Assembly: GCA_951406725.2 (NCBI GenBank)
Contig: OX597831.1
Location: 80,228,001 to 80,292,000, forward strand
DNA: 64,000 nucleotides
Source of the DNA: Octopus vulgaris
Lineage: Eukaryota
Reading direction: 5' to 3'
Shown here one piece after another: positions 25,084 through 40,523 of the stretch (position 1 is the first letter of the stretch; every line of letters starts with the position of its first letter). Under the pieces are notes generated by a model. That model worked only from the letters and a program-made list of their open reading frames with translations, was not told the DNA's origin and made no database searches. A program made the position numbers and the translations under genes.

Positions 25084-26829
25084 CTAGCATTATGACCCGG
25101 CGTTGACGGGTCATAATGCTAGTGCATGTATATATGTGTATATATATGTGTACATATTACACGTACATCTATATATATACATCTACACATAAAATACAAA
25201 ATACAAAATTATATCTTGATATCGCTAGTGATAACGATACCCAAAATATATAACAGACTGGATTTGTAAGCCCGTCTCTTGCAATTTCGATCAATTGTAT
25301 CTTGTCCTCCCTCTTCTATAGAAGTGTGGCTACAATCCAGCCTACCTCTACTTCTGGGGTACATTTTCAATTTTTATTCGGGACGTCCTACGTCCCAGAT
25401 ATAAAGATAAAAATAAAATATTTCCACTTTGCAAGGTTCGAGTCGTGTACTCCCTTGCAAGCTCCGTTGACTCGAACCTTGCTTCTATTGTGGCAAATTT
25501 ACCGCCTCTGGTCAGATACTTGATATCTTTCATAGTCGCACCAAGAAACTTTTCCAGGCGTTCAAATCTTTTTTTTCTCTCTACATTGTATACTTTATAG
25601 ACAACAGTATTTTCTTTAATTTTATTTTTTATTTCGTTTGGTGGTGTTATCCTAGATTCACCGTCTTTGTCGGTGATCAATCCGAAATAGGTTTCTATTT
25701 CTTCCATTTTAATTTTAATGAGTTCGCGCCTGCCGACGGCTGCAGCAAAATTCAGTTTTGGACTTTCTTCTATCGAAGACATTTTAACAAAAATTCTTCC
25801 GTATAAACGGTGAAAATATTATCAATTTCCCCAAACAGGGACACAATTCAATTTTTAAACAATAACCAAAGCTCCTTCTCCCAAAGGGGGAGGGTTACAG
25901 TTTACAATTATTTAACAAATGCAACACAACAACGTTTCCCTTACGAGGAACCAACAAACGTGATAACAATAGTTGAACAGTAATAATAATAACAACAAAC
26001 CTTACGGTGAATCAAAAGGCAGTACGCAGTGGAAGCTATAGTCGTTTATGGATCAGTAATAAACCAACAGCAGTACTCAGTAGAAGCGGCTGTTCGAGAA
26101 AACAGACATTACATACAGCCAAACTTCATATTGATACTTAATACTAGCTAATTAGCAGATAATCTAATGTAAAAGCCGTGGTAAATGGTATGTGCACAGC
26201 TCCATCTCGACTATTCCATTTCTGCACACTGATTTTACTTTTTATTTATTCCCATTCATGTGAAACCACTTATTCAAGTTCAAGTCATTGATTCAATTTT
26301 ATACCAATTGCTATTTTTACTTTCAATTGTTATGTTACGATCTAATTATTATATTATACTTTAGTTTGATTTTAATTATTACTTACTACATATAATTCAA
26401 TTGTTATTATTATCTCTAATTTTTATTGCTAAAGTGAAAGTATCTGACATAAAATAGAGAAATGTTTTTGTTTCACTTTTAACATGTAATACTGAAATAG
26501 TGGAGAAGATATGATATTGCTATGGGCTCACCCTAGGCAAGAAGTTGAACATTTTTTTGGCCATGAAACTACATGGACCCTAAGTAAGGCATGTGGAAAA
26601 TTTGAAAGAAATTGGTTGTGTAGTTCTCAAGTTTTTGGGAATCATAGTGGAGAAGATATGATATTGCTGTGGGCTCGCCCTAGGCAAAAAGTTAAAAAAA
26701 AAATTGCCGATGACACTCCCCGGACCCTAAGTAAGGCATGTGTAAAATTTGAATGAAATTGGTTGTGTAGTTCTCAAGGTTTAGGGAAACATACAGACAG
26801 ACAGATAGACACACATTCTCATATATAGA
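25084..26829 (-). mobile_element. Non-autonomous Helitron, copy 1, carrying a captured LINE-like 5' UTR and ORF1 fragment
   Basis: Minus strand starts TCTATATAT..(CTGT)n and ends in a hairpin plus CTAG|T; internal ~147-bp direct repeat at 26498-26790; near-identical to 33613-35620. Confidence 0.75.
25240..25782 (-). pseudogene. Captured ORF fragment, probably L1/Tx1-like ORF1 N-terminus
   Basis: MSSIEESPKLNFAAAVG..GRRTSRIKIENVP, then a frameshift into WIVATLL; non-repetitive protein-like composition. Family assignment is inference from FAAAV and IxIxNVP motifs. Confidence 0.5.
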
Positions 26830-26905
26830 GAGACTAGAATACAAGTGAATATATGTAAACCTCGGAGTGACAGAAATATCCAAGATTAGACTGGCTAAAT
26901 AACTC

Positions 26906-26937
<32 letters not shown>

Positions 26938-27244
26938 TTAGATTAATAAAACAGACAGGTATTTGGCGCTAACTTTCGAAACCAGTACCAAGTTAACCAG
27001 CATTTACTTGTTCTGACCTAGTAGAGGTAAAACTTTATTATTGTTCACTGATATTTTTTCTTATCATGTCCGTAATGGATTTGTGACTATTCGGTGGTAC
27101 GGAAGTATTTTAACCTCTATTTTTTAGCGATGTACATAGGTGCTCATGTAGTGAAAATATGTAGATATCTAATATTTTATTAATTTGCCTTTACAGCTGA
27201 TAATTCGCTTGCCACTCGTGATGATATTTTAATAATACCATCCC

Positions 27245-27309
<65 letters not shown>

Positions 27310-27865
27310 CTGGCGTCTTTACAAAGTTCTTCCGCCTATCTGCGAATTCGACTGACAAACCAAAGTCTTAGTAGATGACGCCTACTGCCCCATGGTGTTA
27401 GTATTTCTTTGGCGGATCGAACCTGAATGCAATGGTTTTAAAGCGATTTTTTTTCATTCATGCCCATGTTAGTGTTTATGTGCGTGTGTGTGTGTGAATA
27501 TGTATCTTTGTGTGTATGCGTGTGTAGATTTGTGTGCGTAGGTTTATGTGTAGGTATGGAGGCTTTTAGTTGGTCATTAAGCGTCCATATTGCTTTTAAC
27601 AATAAACTTCTGGAACTTGTCCACTGATACAGATAAAACTGAACAGCCATGAAGTGTAGTAGGGGAGGAGGATTGGGGTATACGAGTGTATGTGTGTGTA
27701 TATATATGGGTGTGTGTGTGCATATATAATGTATGTATATATATGTACATCTCTATATATGTGTATATACATATATATATACATTCTTTTATATAAGTAT
27801 ATGTGTGTGTTAGTGTATGTGAGTGTATGTGTGTATGTATGTATGTATGTATGTATGTATGTATG

Positions 27866-27896
<31 letters not shown>

Positions 27897-28127
27897 TGCC
27901 CGTGGCTTAGTCGTTAAGGCGTTGCACTTTTTATCGTAAGATTGTGATTTCGATTCCTGGGCTGAGCTTAGAATGGTGTGTTATTAAACCAAAACACTAC
28001 ATACACACATTCATTCATACGTACATACATACATACATTTATGCATATATGAATGTATGTGCTTATGTATGTATATGTGCGTGGTATGTATATGTATATA
28101 TATTTATATAAGTGTGTGTATATAAGT

Positions 28128-28290
28128 GTTGGTGTGTTTATGTCCTCGTAAGTTAGCCGTTTGACAAAAGAGACCGATAGAATAAGTAATAGGCTTACAA
28201 AGACTAAGTCCTGGGGTCCAGTTGTTCGATTAAAGACGGTGCTCCACCATGGCCGCAGTCAAATGACTGAAACAAATAAACGAGTAAAAG
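28128..28290 (+). mobile_element. SINE family B 3' half
   Basis: AAAAGAGACCGATAGAATAAG..CGGTGCTCCACCATGGCCGCAGTCAAATGACTGAAAC. Confidence 0.8.
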
Positions 28291-29000
28291 AGTCCGTGTT
28301 TGTTAGAATGTATACATGCGTTTTGTATGTGTGTGTCTGTGTCTGTGTGTCTCTGTTGTGTGTCTGTGTTTGTGTGTATGTGTGTGTGTATAAAATCTGT
28401 GCATCTGTAAGTATATACATGTATGTATGTATGTATGTGTGTGTGTGTGTAAACAGGTATAACATACCGTAATATAACATAAGAATGGCGGCCACCACCC
28501 CAAAGCCTCGTCTCCTACTCGAAGCCATAATTTTGTATGTGACAGTCATTAGTTGCCTAATTAATATACCATACAGATCGGAATAAATCAAATTAAACAA
28601 ACAAATCTAAGGAAACCGAAGACAGCACATGAAATAAAATTTTTTAAAAATGAAAAAAAAAAACCGCCGGAGCAGCAAGACAAAAACATGGAATCATGGG
28701 TACGAAAAGTTTCGTTTCGTTCTTTATTTATTTTTTTTATATATTTTTCTAATATTTTTTGCCTCTGTTTCTATGAGTTTTTTGTGTTTCTTCCCAGTGT
28801 CTTTGAGTAGTCGTGTATTTGTTTGTGTGTTTGTTATTTGTATGTGTGTGTCTGTATAAGCATGCATGTACGTGCGTATGTATGTATACATGTATGTATG
28901 CATACATGCATGCATATATGTGTGTGTATGTATGTGTGTTTCTGAGTATATAATTATGTACGCAGGTACTGTATGTCTGTATGTATGTGTGTATATGTAT

Positions 29001-29095
<95 letters not shown>

Positions 29096-30280
29096 TATAT
29101 ATATATATAAACATATGTATATATATATATATGTGTATATTTATATGTGTATATATGTATGTATGCGTGTATGTATGTATGCGTGTATGTATGCATGCAA
29201 ATATTTCTCTGTGTGTATGTATGCGTATCTGAGTATAAATTTGTGTATGCATGTACTGTATGCGTGTATGTATATATGTACATATACATATGTATATATG
29301 TATGTGTGCATATTTATATATCTATATATATGTATTATGTGCGTATGTATGTATATATGTGTGTATGTATGTATGTATGTATGTATGTATGTATGTATGT
29401 ATGTATGTATGTATGTATGTATGTATGTTTGTATGTATGTATGCATGCGTGTATTTATGTATATATGAATGTGTGTGTATGTATGTATGTGTGAGTATGT
29501 ATGTATTTATGCATGTGTGTATTTATGTACATATGTATGTGTTTGTATGTATGTATGTATGCATGTGTGAGTATGTATGCATGTATGTGTGTGTGTATGT
29601 ATGTATGTATATATGTATGTATGTGTAAGTGCGTATGTATGCATGTATGTGTGTGTATTGCATCAAAAGGTGAGTGTGTTCTTCCGGTGTGTATGTTGAA
29701 ATATCTGATTATTTATGCGTGTCTTTGATTTAACAGTAATTTACCAATTCCAGTGGTGGGGGGTGGTTTCTGTATTTGGGGTTTTGCGGATTGGCTTTGT
29801 TTTAATTCCTCATTCATCTCTCTTTTCAGTTTCAGGCCCTGCATATTTGTTCAATTATATTAGTTTATTGACTTCTAAAGCAACATCATATATATATATA
29901 TATATGTACGCGCGCACACACACACGCACATATATGGGGCGAGCTATGTATATATACACGTATAAATATTATTTGCTAAAAGGGTCTTTTTCGCTTTGTC
30001 ACCCTTTATAGCCGGGGACGCATTTTTTTTTCCTGCGACTTTTCCATCTTACTTTAATGTTATAATGTTATTAAGCGTACCGTCACGGTGTTAACCATCA
30101 TGGCGCTCATTATTATTATCATTATTATTATTGTCGTTGTTGTTGTTGTTGTTGTTCTTGTTGTAAACAGTCCTTGTCATGTCTCCCACATTGGATGCCC
30201 CCTATCGCAAATATATGATCAATATTATCGTTATTATTATCATTATTATATTCGTTATAATTTCATTATCATCATCATCA

Positions 30281-30318
<38 letters not shown>

Positions 30319-30409
30319 GTCGTCGTAGACGCTGTTATTGTTGTAAACTGTTCCTGTAACGTCCCCGTGAACAGATGCCCTTGTGGCAGATAAAAGAAAT
30401 AAATATTCA

Positions 30410-31482
<1,073 letters not shown>

Positions 31483-31724
31483 TCATATTCATTATTTTCA
31501 TCATTATGCTGTTGTTGAGTCTAGAATTTTTTTGTTTTTGTTTTGTTTTTGTCATCGTAGTTTTTTTCTTTTTATTCCGACATTTTATGGGGACATTTCT
31601 TTCGGGGATATTTTTTTTCCGGCAACAAAAGTAAATGTGTCTATTTTATGTTGTTTTATTTTATTTCATTTTCTTTTTGTTAGGTTGAACCTATTGTTTT
31701 ACTTTTTTATATGTTTGTGTTCAT

Positions 31725-31820
31725 TGTTTGTTGCTGGTTGTTTATTGTTTGTTGCTGGTTGTTTATTGTTTGTTGTTGGTTGTTTATTGTTTGTTGTTGG
31801 TTGTTTATTGTTTGTTGTTT
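31725..31820. repeat. 21-bp minisatellite
   Basis: TTGTTTGTTG(C/T)TGGTTGTTTA repeated about 4.5 times. Confidence 0.85.
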
Positions 31821-32112
31821 CTTTCTTTGTTTATCCCACTGCATGATCTTTGTGGTTGGCAATTGGATTATGAATCGCTGAATGAATGTGTGTATAAGTG
31901 TATGTATGTGTATGTATGCGTTGCTTGTGTGTATGAGTGTGTGCGTGTGTGTGTGTATGTGTGTGTGTACCGTGTCTGTACTCGCCTGTGTGTGTGTGTA
32001 TCTTCGTTTCTGTGTGTGATGTGCTTTGTCATAATGTCCATTTGATTTCATGTCCATTATGTGTGTATTTGCATATTCATATATTTGTAAATGTGTGTGT
32101 ATATTTGTATAC

Positions 32113-32150
<38 letters not shown>

Positions 32151-33009
32151 GTTATGCATGTATGTGTGTATATGTGCATTCATATATGTATGGTCATATA
32201 TGTGTGTGTATACATAAGTGATTATATATACATAGGTGATGTACAGGTATTATATATTAGAAGAAATAAGGTACTCAGAAATCTGGATGGTTTTATATTT
32301 ACAGATTTTTATTAATATGTCATGTTTTTATAAATCATACATTAGCGCTTGCATCCACTCTAGTGGATTCTTCAGATTTATATATATATATATAATGTGT
32401 TTATGCAGGTATCTATATAATTAGTATGCAGGCATATATATAAGCGTATATGTGAGTGTTTGTGTGTGTGCTAGCATATACGCATGTGTGTATGAATATA
32501 CGTGCGAGTATGTGTGTGTATGTGCATGTGTGCTCGCTTGTGCGTGTGTGAGTGCGCTGTGTGTGTGTATGCATATAGAAAGAGTAACGAGGAAAGATTG
32601 AAAGAAATAATGAATAAATGAAAGAAAGGAAAATTAAATAATGGAGATCCATTAAAACTGTTAAATTTGAATATGTTTTTGAGAGAAACGGATGTAGAGA
32701 CTGATGCTGTTGTTGTTGTTGCTACTGTTGTGGTTCTGCTGGGATTCTAAGGGACACGAAAAGTGTCGGGTAGGGAGGTGGAGTAGGGGAGAAGTGTTAT
32801 GAGAAGGAAAAATGGGAATGGTAATGCTAAATTTCTAGTTTATAATCTTCGAAACTGCTGAGATCTAGAACTCGACTGAGGATAGAAAACTCCGAATGAC
32901 CTGTTCTTGTTTTTTCCTGTACCTTTTTGTATCGTCTAACTGTCTGAATATTTTGCTGTCACCTATTGCGTTCTTGTTACATTTTTTTTGTATTCTTTGT
33001 ATAATTTAC

Positions 33010-33395
33010 GCGCAGGAGTGGCTGTGTGGTAAGAAGCTTGCTCACCAACCACATGGTTCCGGGTTCGGTCCCACTGTGTTGCACCTTGGACAAGTGTCTT
33101 CTACTATAGCCTCTGACCGACCAAAACCTTCTGAGTGGATTTAGTAGACAGAAACTGAAAGAAGCCTGTCGTATATATGTATGTGTGTGTGTATGTTTGA
33201 GTGTATGTTTGTGCCCCCAACATCGCTTGACAACAGATGCTGGTGTGTTTCCGGCCTATTAACTTAGCGGTTCAGCAAAAAGAGACCGATAGCATAAGTA
33301 CTAGGCTTACAAAGAATAAGTCCTGGGGGCGATTTGCTCGTCTAAATGCGGTGCTCCAGCATGGCTGCAGTGTAATGACTGAAACAAGTAAAAGA
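33010..33395 (+). mobile_element. SINE family B full length
   Basis: Matches reverse complement of 8194-8628. Confidence 0.9.
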
Positions 33396-33410
33396 GAGTA
33401 GAAGAGTCTA

Positions 33411-33443
<33 letters not shown>

Positions 33444-33491
33444 ATGAATATGCATAGATACATACATACATATATATATATATAAATACAC

Positions 33492-33558
<67 letters not shown>

Positions 33559-33612
33559 TATAGGTATGAATGTATCTCTCTCTCTTTCTCTGTCATCATA
33601 TATATAAATATA

Positions 33613-35620
33613 CTAGCATTATGACCCGGCGTTGCCGGATTATAGTGCTAGTGCATGTATATGTGTGTATATATATGTGTACATATTACATGTACATCTA
33701 TATATATACATCTACACATAAAATACAAAATACAAAGTTATATTTTGATATCGCTAGTGATAACAATACTCGAAATATATAACAGACTGGAGTTGTAGGT
33801 CCGTCTCTTGCAATTTCGATCAATTGTATCTTGTCCTCCCTCTTATATAGAAGTGTGGCTACAATCCAGGCTACCTCTACTTCTGGGGGGACGTGGCATA
33901 TAAGAGAACCATCCGAACGTGGCCGTTGCCAGCGCCGCCCCAACTGGCCACCGTGCCGGTGGCACGTAAGAAGCACCATCCGATCGTGGCCGTTTGCCAG
34001 CCTCGTCTGGCACCTGTGCCGGTGGCACGTAAAAAGCACCCTCTACACTCATGGAGTGGTTGGCGTTAGGAAGGGCATCCAGCCGTAGAAACATTTCCAG
34101 ATCAGACTGGGCCTTGTGCAGCCTTCTGGGTTCCCAGACCCCAGTTGAACCGTCCAACCCATGCCAGCATGGAAAGCGGACGCTAAACGGCGATGACGTC
34201 CTACGTCCCAGATATAAGGTAAAAATAAAATATTTCCACTTTGTAAGGTTCGAGTCGAGTACACCCTTGCAAGCTCCGTTGACTCGAACCTTGCTTCTAT
34301 TGTGGCGAATTTACCACCTCTGGTTAGATACTTGATATCTTTCATAGTCGCACCAAGAAACTTTTCGATGGTGCTTTCCTCCAGGTGTTCAAATCTTTTT
34401 TTTTTCTCTCTACATTGTATACTTTATAGACAATAGTATTTTCTTCAATTTTATTTTTTATTTCGTTTGGTGGTGTTATCCTAGATTCACCGTCTTTGTC
34501 GGTGATCAATCCGAAATAGGTTTGTATTTCTTCCATTTTAATTTTAATGAGTTCGCGCCCGCCGACGGCTGCAGCGAAATTAATTTTTGGACTTTCTTCT
34601 ATCGAAGACATTTTAACAAAAATGCTTCCGTATAAACGGTGAAAATATTATCAATTTCCCCAAACAGGGACACAATTCAAATTTTAAAAATAACCAAAGC
34701 TCCTTCTCCCAAAGGGGGAGGGTTACAGTTTACAATTATTTAACAAATGCAACACAACAACGCTTCCCTCTAATAATAATAACAACAAGCCTTACGTTGA
34801 ATCAAAAAGCAGTACGCAGTTGAAGCTATGGTGCTTTATGGATCAGTAATAAACCGACAGCAGTACTCAGTAGAAGCGGCTGTTCGAGAAAACAGACATT
34901 ATATTCATCCAAACTTCATATATTACTTAATACTAGCCAATTAGCAGATAATATAATGTAAAAGCCGTGATAAAGGGTATGTGCACAGCTCCATCTGGAC
35001 TATTCCATTTCTGCACACTAATTTTATTTTTTATTTATTCCCATTCATGTGAAACCACTTATTCAAGTTCAAGTCATTGATGCAATTTTATACAAGTTGC
35101 TATTTTTACTTTCAATTGTTATGTTACGATCTAATTATTATATTATACTTTAGTTTGATTTTAATTATTACTTACTACATATAATTCAATTGTTATTATT
35201 ATCTCTACTTTTTATTTTTAAAGTGACAGTATCTGACATAAAATAGAGAAATGTTTTGGTTTCACTTTTAACAGGTAATACTGAAATACTGGAGAAAATA
35301 TGATATTGCTATGGGCTCGCCCTAGGCAAGAAGTTGAACATTTTTTTTACCATAAAACTACATGGACCCTAAGTAAGGCATGTGTAAAATTTGAATGAAA
35401 TTGGTTGTGTAGTTCTCAAGTTTTAGGGAATCGTAGTGGAGAAGATATGATATTGCTGTGGGCTCGCCCTAGGCAAAAAGTTAAAAATATTTTGCCGATG
35501 ACACTACCCGGACCCTAAGTAAGGTATGTGTAAAATTTGAATGAAATTGGTTGTGTAGTTCTCAAGTTTTTGGGAAACACACAGACAGACAGACACACAT
35601 TCTCAGTTTTACATATATAT
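33613..35620 (-). mobile_element. Non-autonomous Helitron, copy 2, with nested family D insertion
   Basis: Colinear with 25084-26829; ORF start MSSIEESPKINFAAAVG at 34611; interrupted at 33893-34197. Confidence 0.75.
33893..34197 (+). mobile_element. Family D repeat nested in Helitron copy 2
   Basis: Absent from copy 1; GACGT on both sides; three GTGGCA(C/T)(G/A)TAA subrepeats. Confidence 0.8.
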
Positions 35621-35628
35621 ATATATAT

Positions 35629-35994
35629 GCGAACTTTTGGTTAGTTGAAATATGATAATGATATAAATTCTCTCTTATGGTAAAAAGGTGTAAAAAACAC
35701 CATAACTATCCAGCACTGCCTCCTGTCGGATTTCCAGACGCGTTTCTATCTCTTCAGCTATAATATTATTGCCTGCGTTTTACTTAATGTTACGGCTTTA
35801 ATCTAGTATGTCCAGAGTTGCCTGCCTTCAGTACTCCCAACTGACGAAGGCCAATCAGCAGGAAATGCATTCAGGAATACGACAGGGAGCAGCACTGGAC
35901 AGATATGATGGTTTTACACCATTTTACCATAAGAGGCAATTTTGTTTGGTTTTTTTTTTCTCCATGGTAACTTTCCCACTGACCTAAATTTCGG
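35629..35994. repeat. Head-to-head inverted duplication with hammerhead-like motifs in both arms
   Basis: CTCTTATGGTAAAAAGGTGTAAAA..CCTGTCGGATTTCCAGACGCGTTTC mirrors GAAATGCATTCAGGAATACGACAGG..TTTTACACCATTTTACCATAAGAG. Confidence 0.7.
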
Positions 35995-37022
35995 TTATCT
36001 AAAACCGTAACTTAGGGGCTCACCCGAAGAGTCGGATAGAATAAGTACCAGATTTAAAATAAGCACTACAGTCGAATTATTTGACTAAATACATCAAGAC
36101 AATGCCCCAGCATGGCCGCACAATCATACCCACGTATGCACGTACATGAGTTGCGGCGAAATGTAAACAAACCAACGTCAGTTGCTTATTGGTGCGGTGG
36201 CAAACACGAAGACACAGAGATGTGTGTGTGTGTATGCGTGTATGTGCATGTGTGTAAATATGTGTGTGTGTATGTGTGTGAGTGGGGGTGTCCATTCACA
36301 TGGATTAATTGGTCCGACGCTTTGGAAGACTCAGGGCCAATGTGTCGCCCAGTAGAACTAAACCCCAAACCAGGTCGCTTAAATGAACCTTTTAGCCACT
36401 CAGCCACCTGCACTTATATGTGTGTGGGGGGGACAGAGCATTTGTATTATGTGTGTGTGTGTGTGTGTGTCCATACGTATATATGTATATGTATATATTT
36501 ATATATATACATATATGTACATTTAAACATATATATGTATATGTACATATTTATATATATATACTTATATATATAGAGATGTATGTATGTATGCTTGTGT
36601 GTGTATGTTTGTGTGTGTGTGCGTTTGTGTGTGTGTGTGTGCATGTATATATGCATATGCATGCTATACACACAGGCACAGAGAACCACACATATATACA
36701 TACATTATCCATCTATATAGACATATGCGTATACATATATATGTATAAGCATAAGTATATACATACACAGGCATGCTATACATCAATATGCACATACATA
36801 TACGCATCTACATATACATATATAAATACACTCTTATATACATACACATACACTTGCGGGTGTACAGCAAATGTATGAAATCCGCGACGTGGTTTCACAC
36901 ACGGTTTCTGCTTTCGTCAGTAAATTTGATTGCAATATGGGTGTATAAATGCGAGTTTGTGTGTGTGCGTGGGTTTATATGTGTTTGTTTGTGTGTGTGC
37001 AGGTGGTTGTGAGCGCGTGCCT

Positions 37023-37085
<63 letters not shown>

Positions 37086-37428
37086 TACACATATATATAC
37101 ATATTCATATATATATATATATGTATATATATATGCATATATATATATATGCACACGCATACGTATTCATGCAGACGCAGGCTCACGTACATCACACATA
37201 TATATATATGTCTGTTTCCATATATCTGTCTATACATGTATGTACGTATACGTATGTGCATATATAATCATATATACATACATATATATACATATATGAA
37301 TATATGTATATAAATATGTATATATGTATATACTTGTATATATATTTACGCATCTATATATGTATGTATTTATATATGTATATATACATGTATATGTATA
37401 TGTATATATGTATATATGTATATATATA

Positions 37429-37487
<59 letters not shown>

Positions 37488-37611
37488 GTATAGACATGTA
37501 CATATACACGTGTTCATATGCATATACAGATAGAGACAGAAAGACAGACGGAAACAGAGAGAATATGACTCTATACACATGCGTATACACAGATGCTGGC
37601 ATGTACATCCA

Positions 37612-37794
37612 CGTAGAAATAATCTCGTCTCTGTGAATCTCTTCCTGTAATGGATATCCCCTAAATATAACATCGCCCTTGTTCAGGTGACCATTATCCG
37701 CGTCATTATGGGGAATTGAAATAAGAATCGCTTTGGTTTTCGTTGAAAATTCTTTGAACATCGGTTCAAAGTGTTCATTAGCGATATTCGCCAT
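37612..37794 (-). other. Possible coding exon (unassigned)
   Basis: Only sizeable open, non-repetitive, non-TE frame seen: CAAATGGCG start, [61 protein letters not shown]. No strong splice donor and no recognised homology. Confidence 0.25.
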
Positions 37795-38658
37795 TTGGAG
37801 GAGTGGAAGCGAGGTAAATAAATCAGAAAGGTGGAGGTCGTTGAAGAAGTGATTCTTCAAGAAAACCGGTTTACCATTCCTGCTACTTAACTTGCCGTAT
37901 ACAATAGACAATCAAACGTTGGTGGTGCGTTGGATGAGGAGGAGGAGGAGGATGAGGAGGAGGAGGAATGGTTTGTTGCAATATTTGGCGGAGGTTTTGT
38001 GATTCGTAATGGCGGAAAATGGGTGTTTGGATGGCGGGAGGGGGTGTTTCAGATGTGTATGTGGTGATGGGGGAATATGTCGTATACGTGAGAGTGGGAG
38101 GGAAGATGTGGCGGAGAGGATAAGGAAGAAGGAGGGGGAAGAAAAGAACGAAAAGGAAATGAAGAAAAGGGTGTGCGCTTAGAATGTATAGATATAGAAA
38201 GAGATCGAAAGAGAGACAGAGAAAGAAGGAGAAGAGACACACAGACAGACAGAATTGCAATATTGATATATTAAGACTTCAGCCCGTAATGTGTGTATAT
38301 AATGTAAATGTGTGTGCGTGTGTGTGTATATATATATGTGTGTATAAATGTATGTATAAATGTATGTGTATATTCATGTGCCTGTGTGTGTATAATTGTA
38401 TATATATATATATATATATATACTTATGTATATATATATATATATATATAGACACACTCACAGGCACATAGAAAGCGAGAGAAAGAAAGGAGAGTGAAAG
38501 GCGAAAGACATGCTTTCTCGCACACTCAATGCAGAAAATCAAACTCACACACACACACACACGTAAGATTACAGTTTCCGAAAATAAATGGCGCTATCAA
38601 AAGCTTGCTTGTAAATTGATAATGATGCTGTCTCATAAATTTGCAGACCTGTACAATC

Positions 38659-38713
<55 letters not shown>

Positions 38714-38887
38714 TATATGTATGTAGATATATATATATATATATACATACATACACACATATATATGTATATTATACATAGATATACATTTATATATATA
38801 TGTACGTATATATATATATACCTATATACACATATAGGTATATATTCATAAATACATATATGCACGTATATACATGTATACATGCAT

Positions 38888-38949
<62 letters not shown>

Positions 38950-40490
38950 CATATATCTACCATTATTTTGTCGTCGTTTGTTGCTGATATTTGGATTATT
39001 TCGTAGTTTTTATAATTCTTTTTTGTTTTGTCTTTTGGTTTTGTATTTTTTGTATATATTTTATCCAGACTTTTGTTTGTGCTGTTGTTTGTTCGTTTCC
39101 CTTGTCATCATCATTGTTGTTGCTATTGCTGTCGTTACTATTGCTGTTGTTGCTATTGCTGTTCCTATTAAGATGGCGAAGCAAATGGCGGCCGCGGTGG
39201 ATATTCTTTTTTTTTTATTTTGTGTATGTCTTCTTTTTTGTTGGATTTCTCGTTGTTGTTTTTTTTTGTTATTGTTATTTTTTAGTTTTGTTTGTTTGTC
39301 TATTACCTCTTCTCACTTCCAAACTCAATTGTAAATGATTTCCCGCCTCTGGCTATATAATAGAGCGGCAATAGTTTTAAGATTATTTGAAACAAAATGG
39401 CGCATATAATACAAAAAACAATACATATACACACACCCATCTTATTAACTGTATTTATTCCTCAACATTTGTATCGAACGATGTAAATTGAAGAAGATCG
39501 AATGTAGTTGATCATGCTCTTGTTGTTCCTGTTTTTCTTGTTATTTGACGTTGTTATCTCTGCTGTTGTTCATACTGTTGTTGTTGTCGTCGTTAGGTGC
39601 AATACGGTTACATAGTTTGGAAACTCTCATAATCGAGATTCAAAGATTTTAAATATATCCCGCCTTCTTGACACTACCACCCCTCTCATCTCTCTTTCCC
39701 CGATCTTATTTTCTCTCTCTCTCTCTCTCTCTCTTCATTTCTTACTATCCTCTTCCATTCTCTTCTCACTCTCTTTCTCTATCTTTCTCTCTCTTTCTTG
39801 TTTTTCTCTCTCCCTCTCTCTCCCTCAACCTTCTCCATCTCACTCCTTTCTCTCTCCCTGCATCTCTCTCTTTCTTTCTTTCTCTCTCTCTCTCTCTCTA
39901 ACTCTCTGAGTCTTGCTTTCACTCTCTCTCCTTTTCTCTCGCCCGCTATCTCCCTCCCTTCCGCCTCTGTTTCACCTTTTCTCTGTATCTCTCTACTTCT
40001 CTATCCTTTCCAGTCTCTCCTTCACACCCACGGATACACATCCACACACATCCAAACACACACGCACACACAAACGCATAGTTAACGTTTCGCTATGTCT
40101 TCCGACAAAATCTAAGTGCATTTCTTTCTTAACACCAAGACCCGGTCATTAGGCATGAATCTGCAAAGTAAGACAGCGGACAGACGCAACAAACATTATA
40201 GCCAAATCGATTTTCCCGATAAGAGTTCTAATCTACGCTGTAACTGTTTCACTTCATTAATTTTGCCAGACTTTGTAGGCTTGTATTTGTCCCCCCCCCC
40301 CTGCCCGTACCCACGGGTTGCCTCGACAGTAATACTTATATTCCTCTAATAAAGAGACAATGGAAGTAATAAACTTTCTCCTAAGCAGAATGAATCCACT
40401 GGACAAATATGAGAAATTGAACCTTCTATCTACAACACATTTTACGCCTTACCTATACTGGGTCCTCAATATAATTGTTCTCTCATCTTT

Positions 40491-40523
40491 TCTCTGAGAA
40501 AGGATTTTTTCCGAAACGTTGGA
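40491..40523 (+). ncRNA. Degenerate hammerhead motif (unrelated flanks)
   Basis: TCT-CTGAGAA-A-GGA(TTTTT)TCC-GAAAC-GTT-GGA; core imperfect. Confidence 0.45.
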
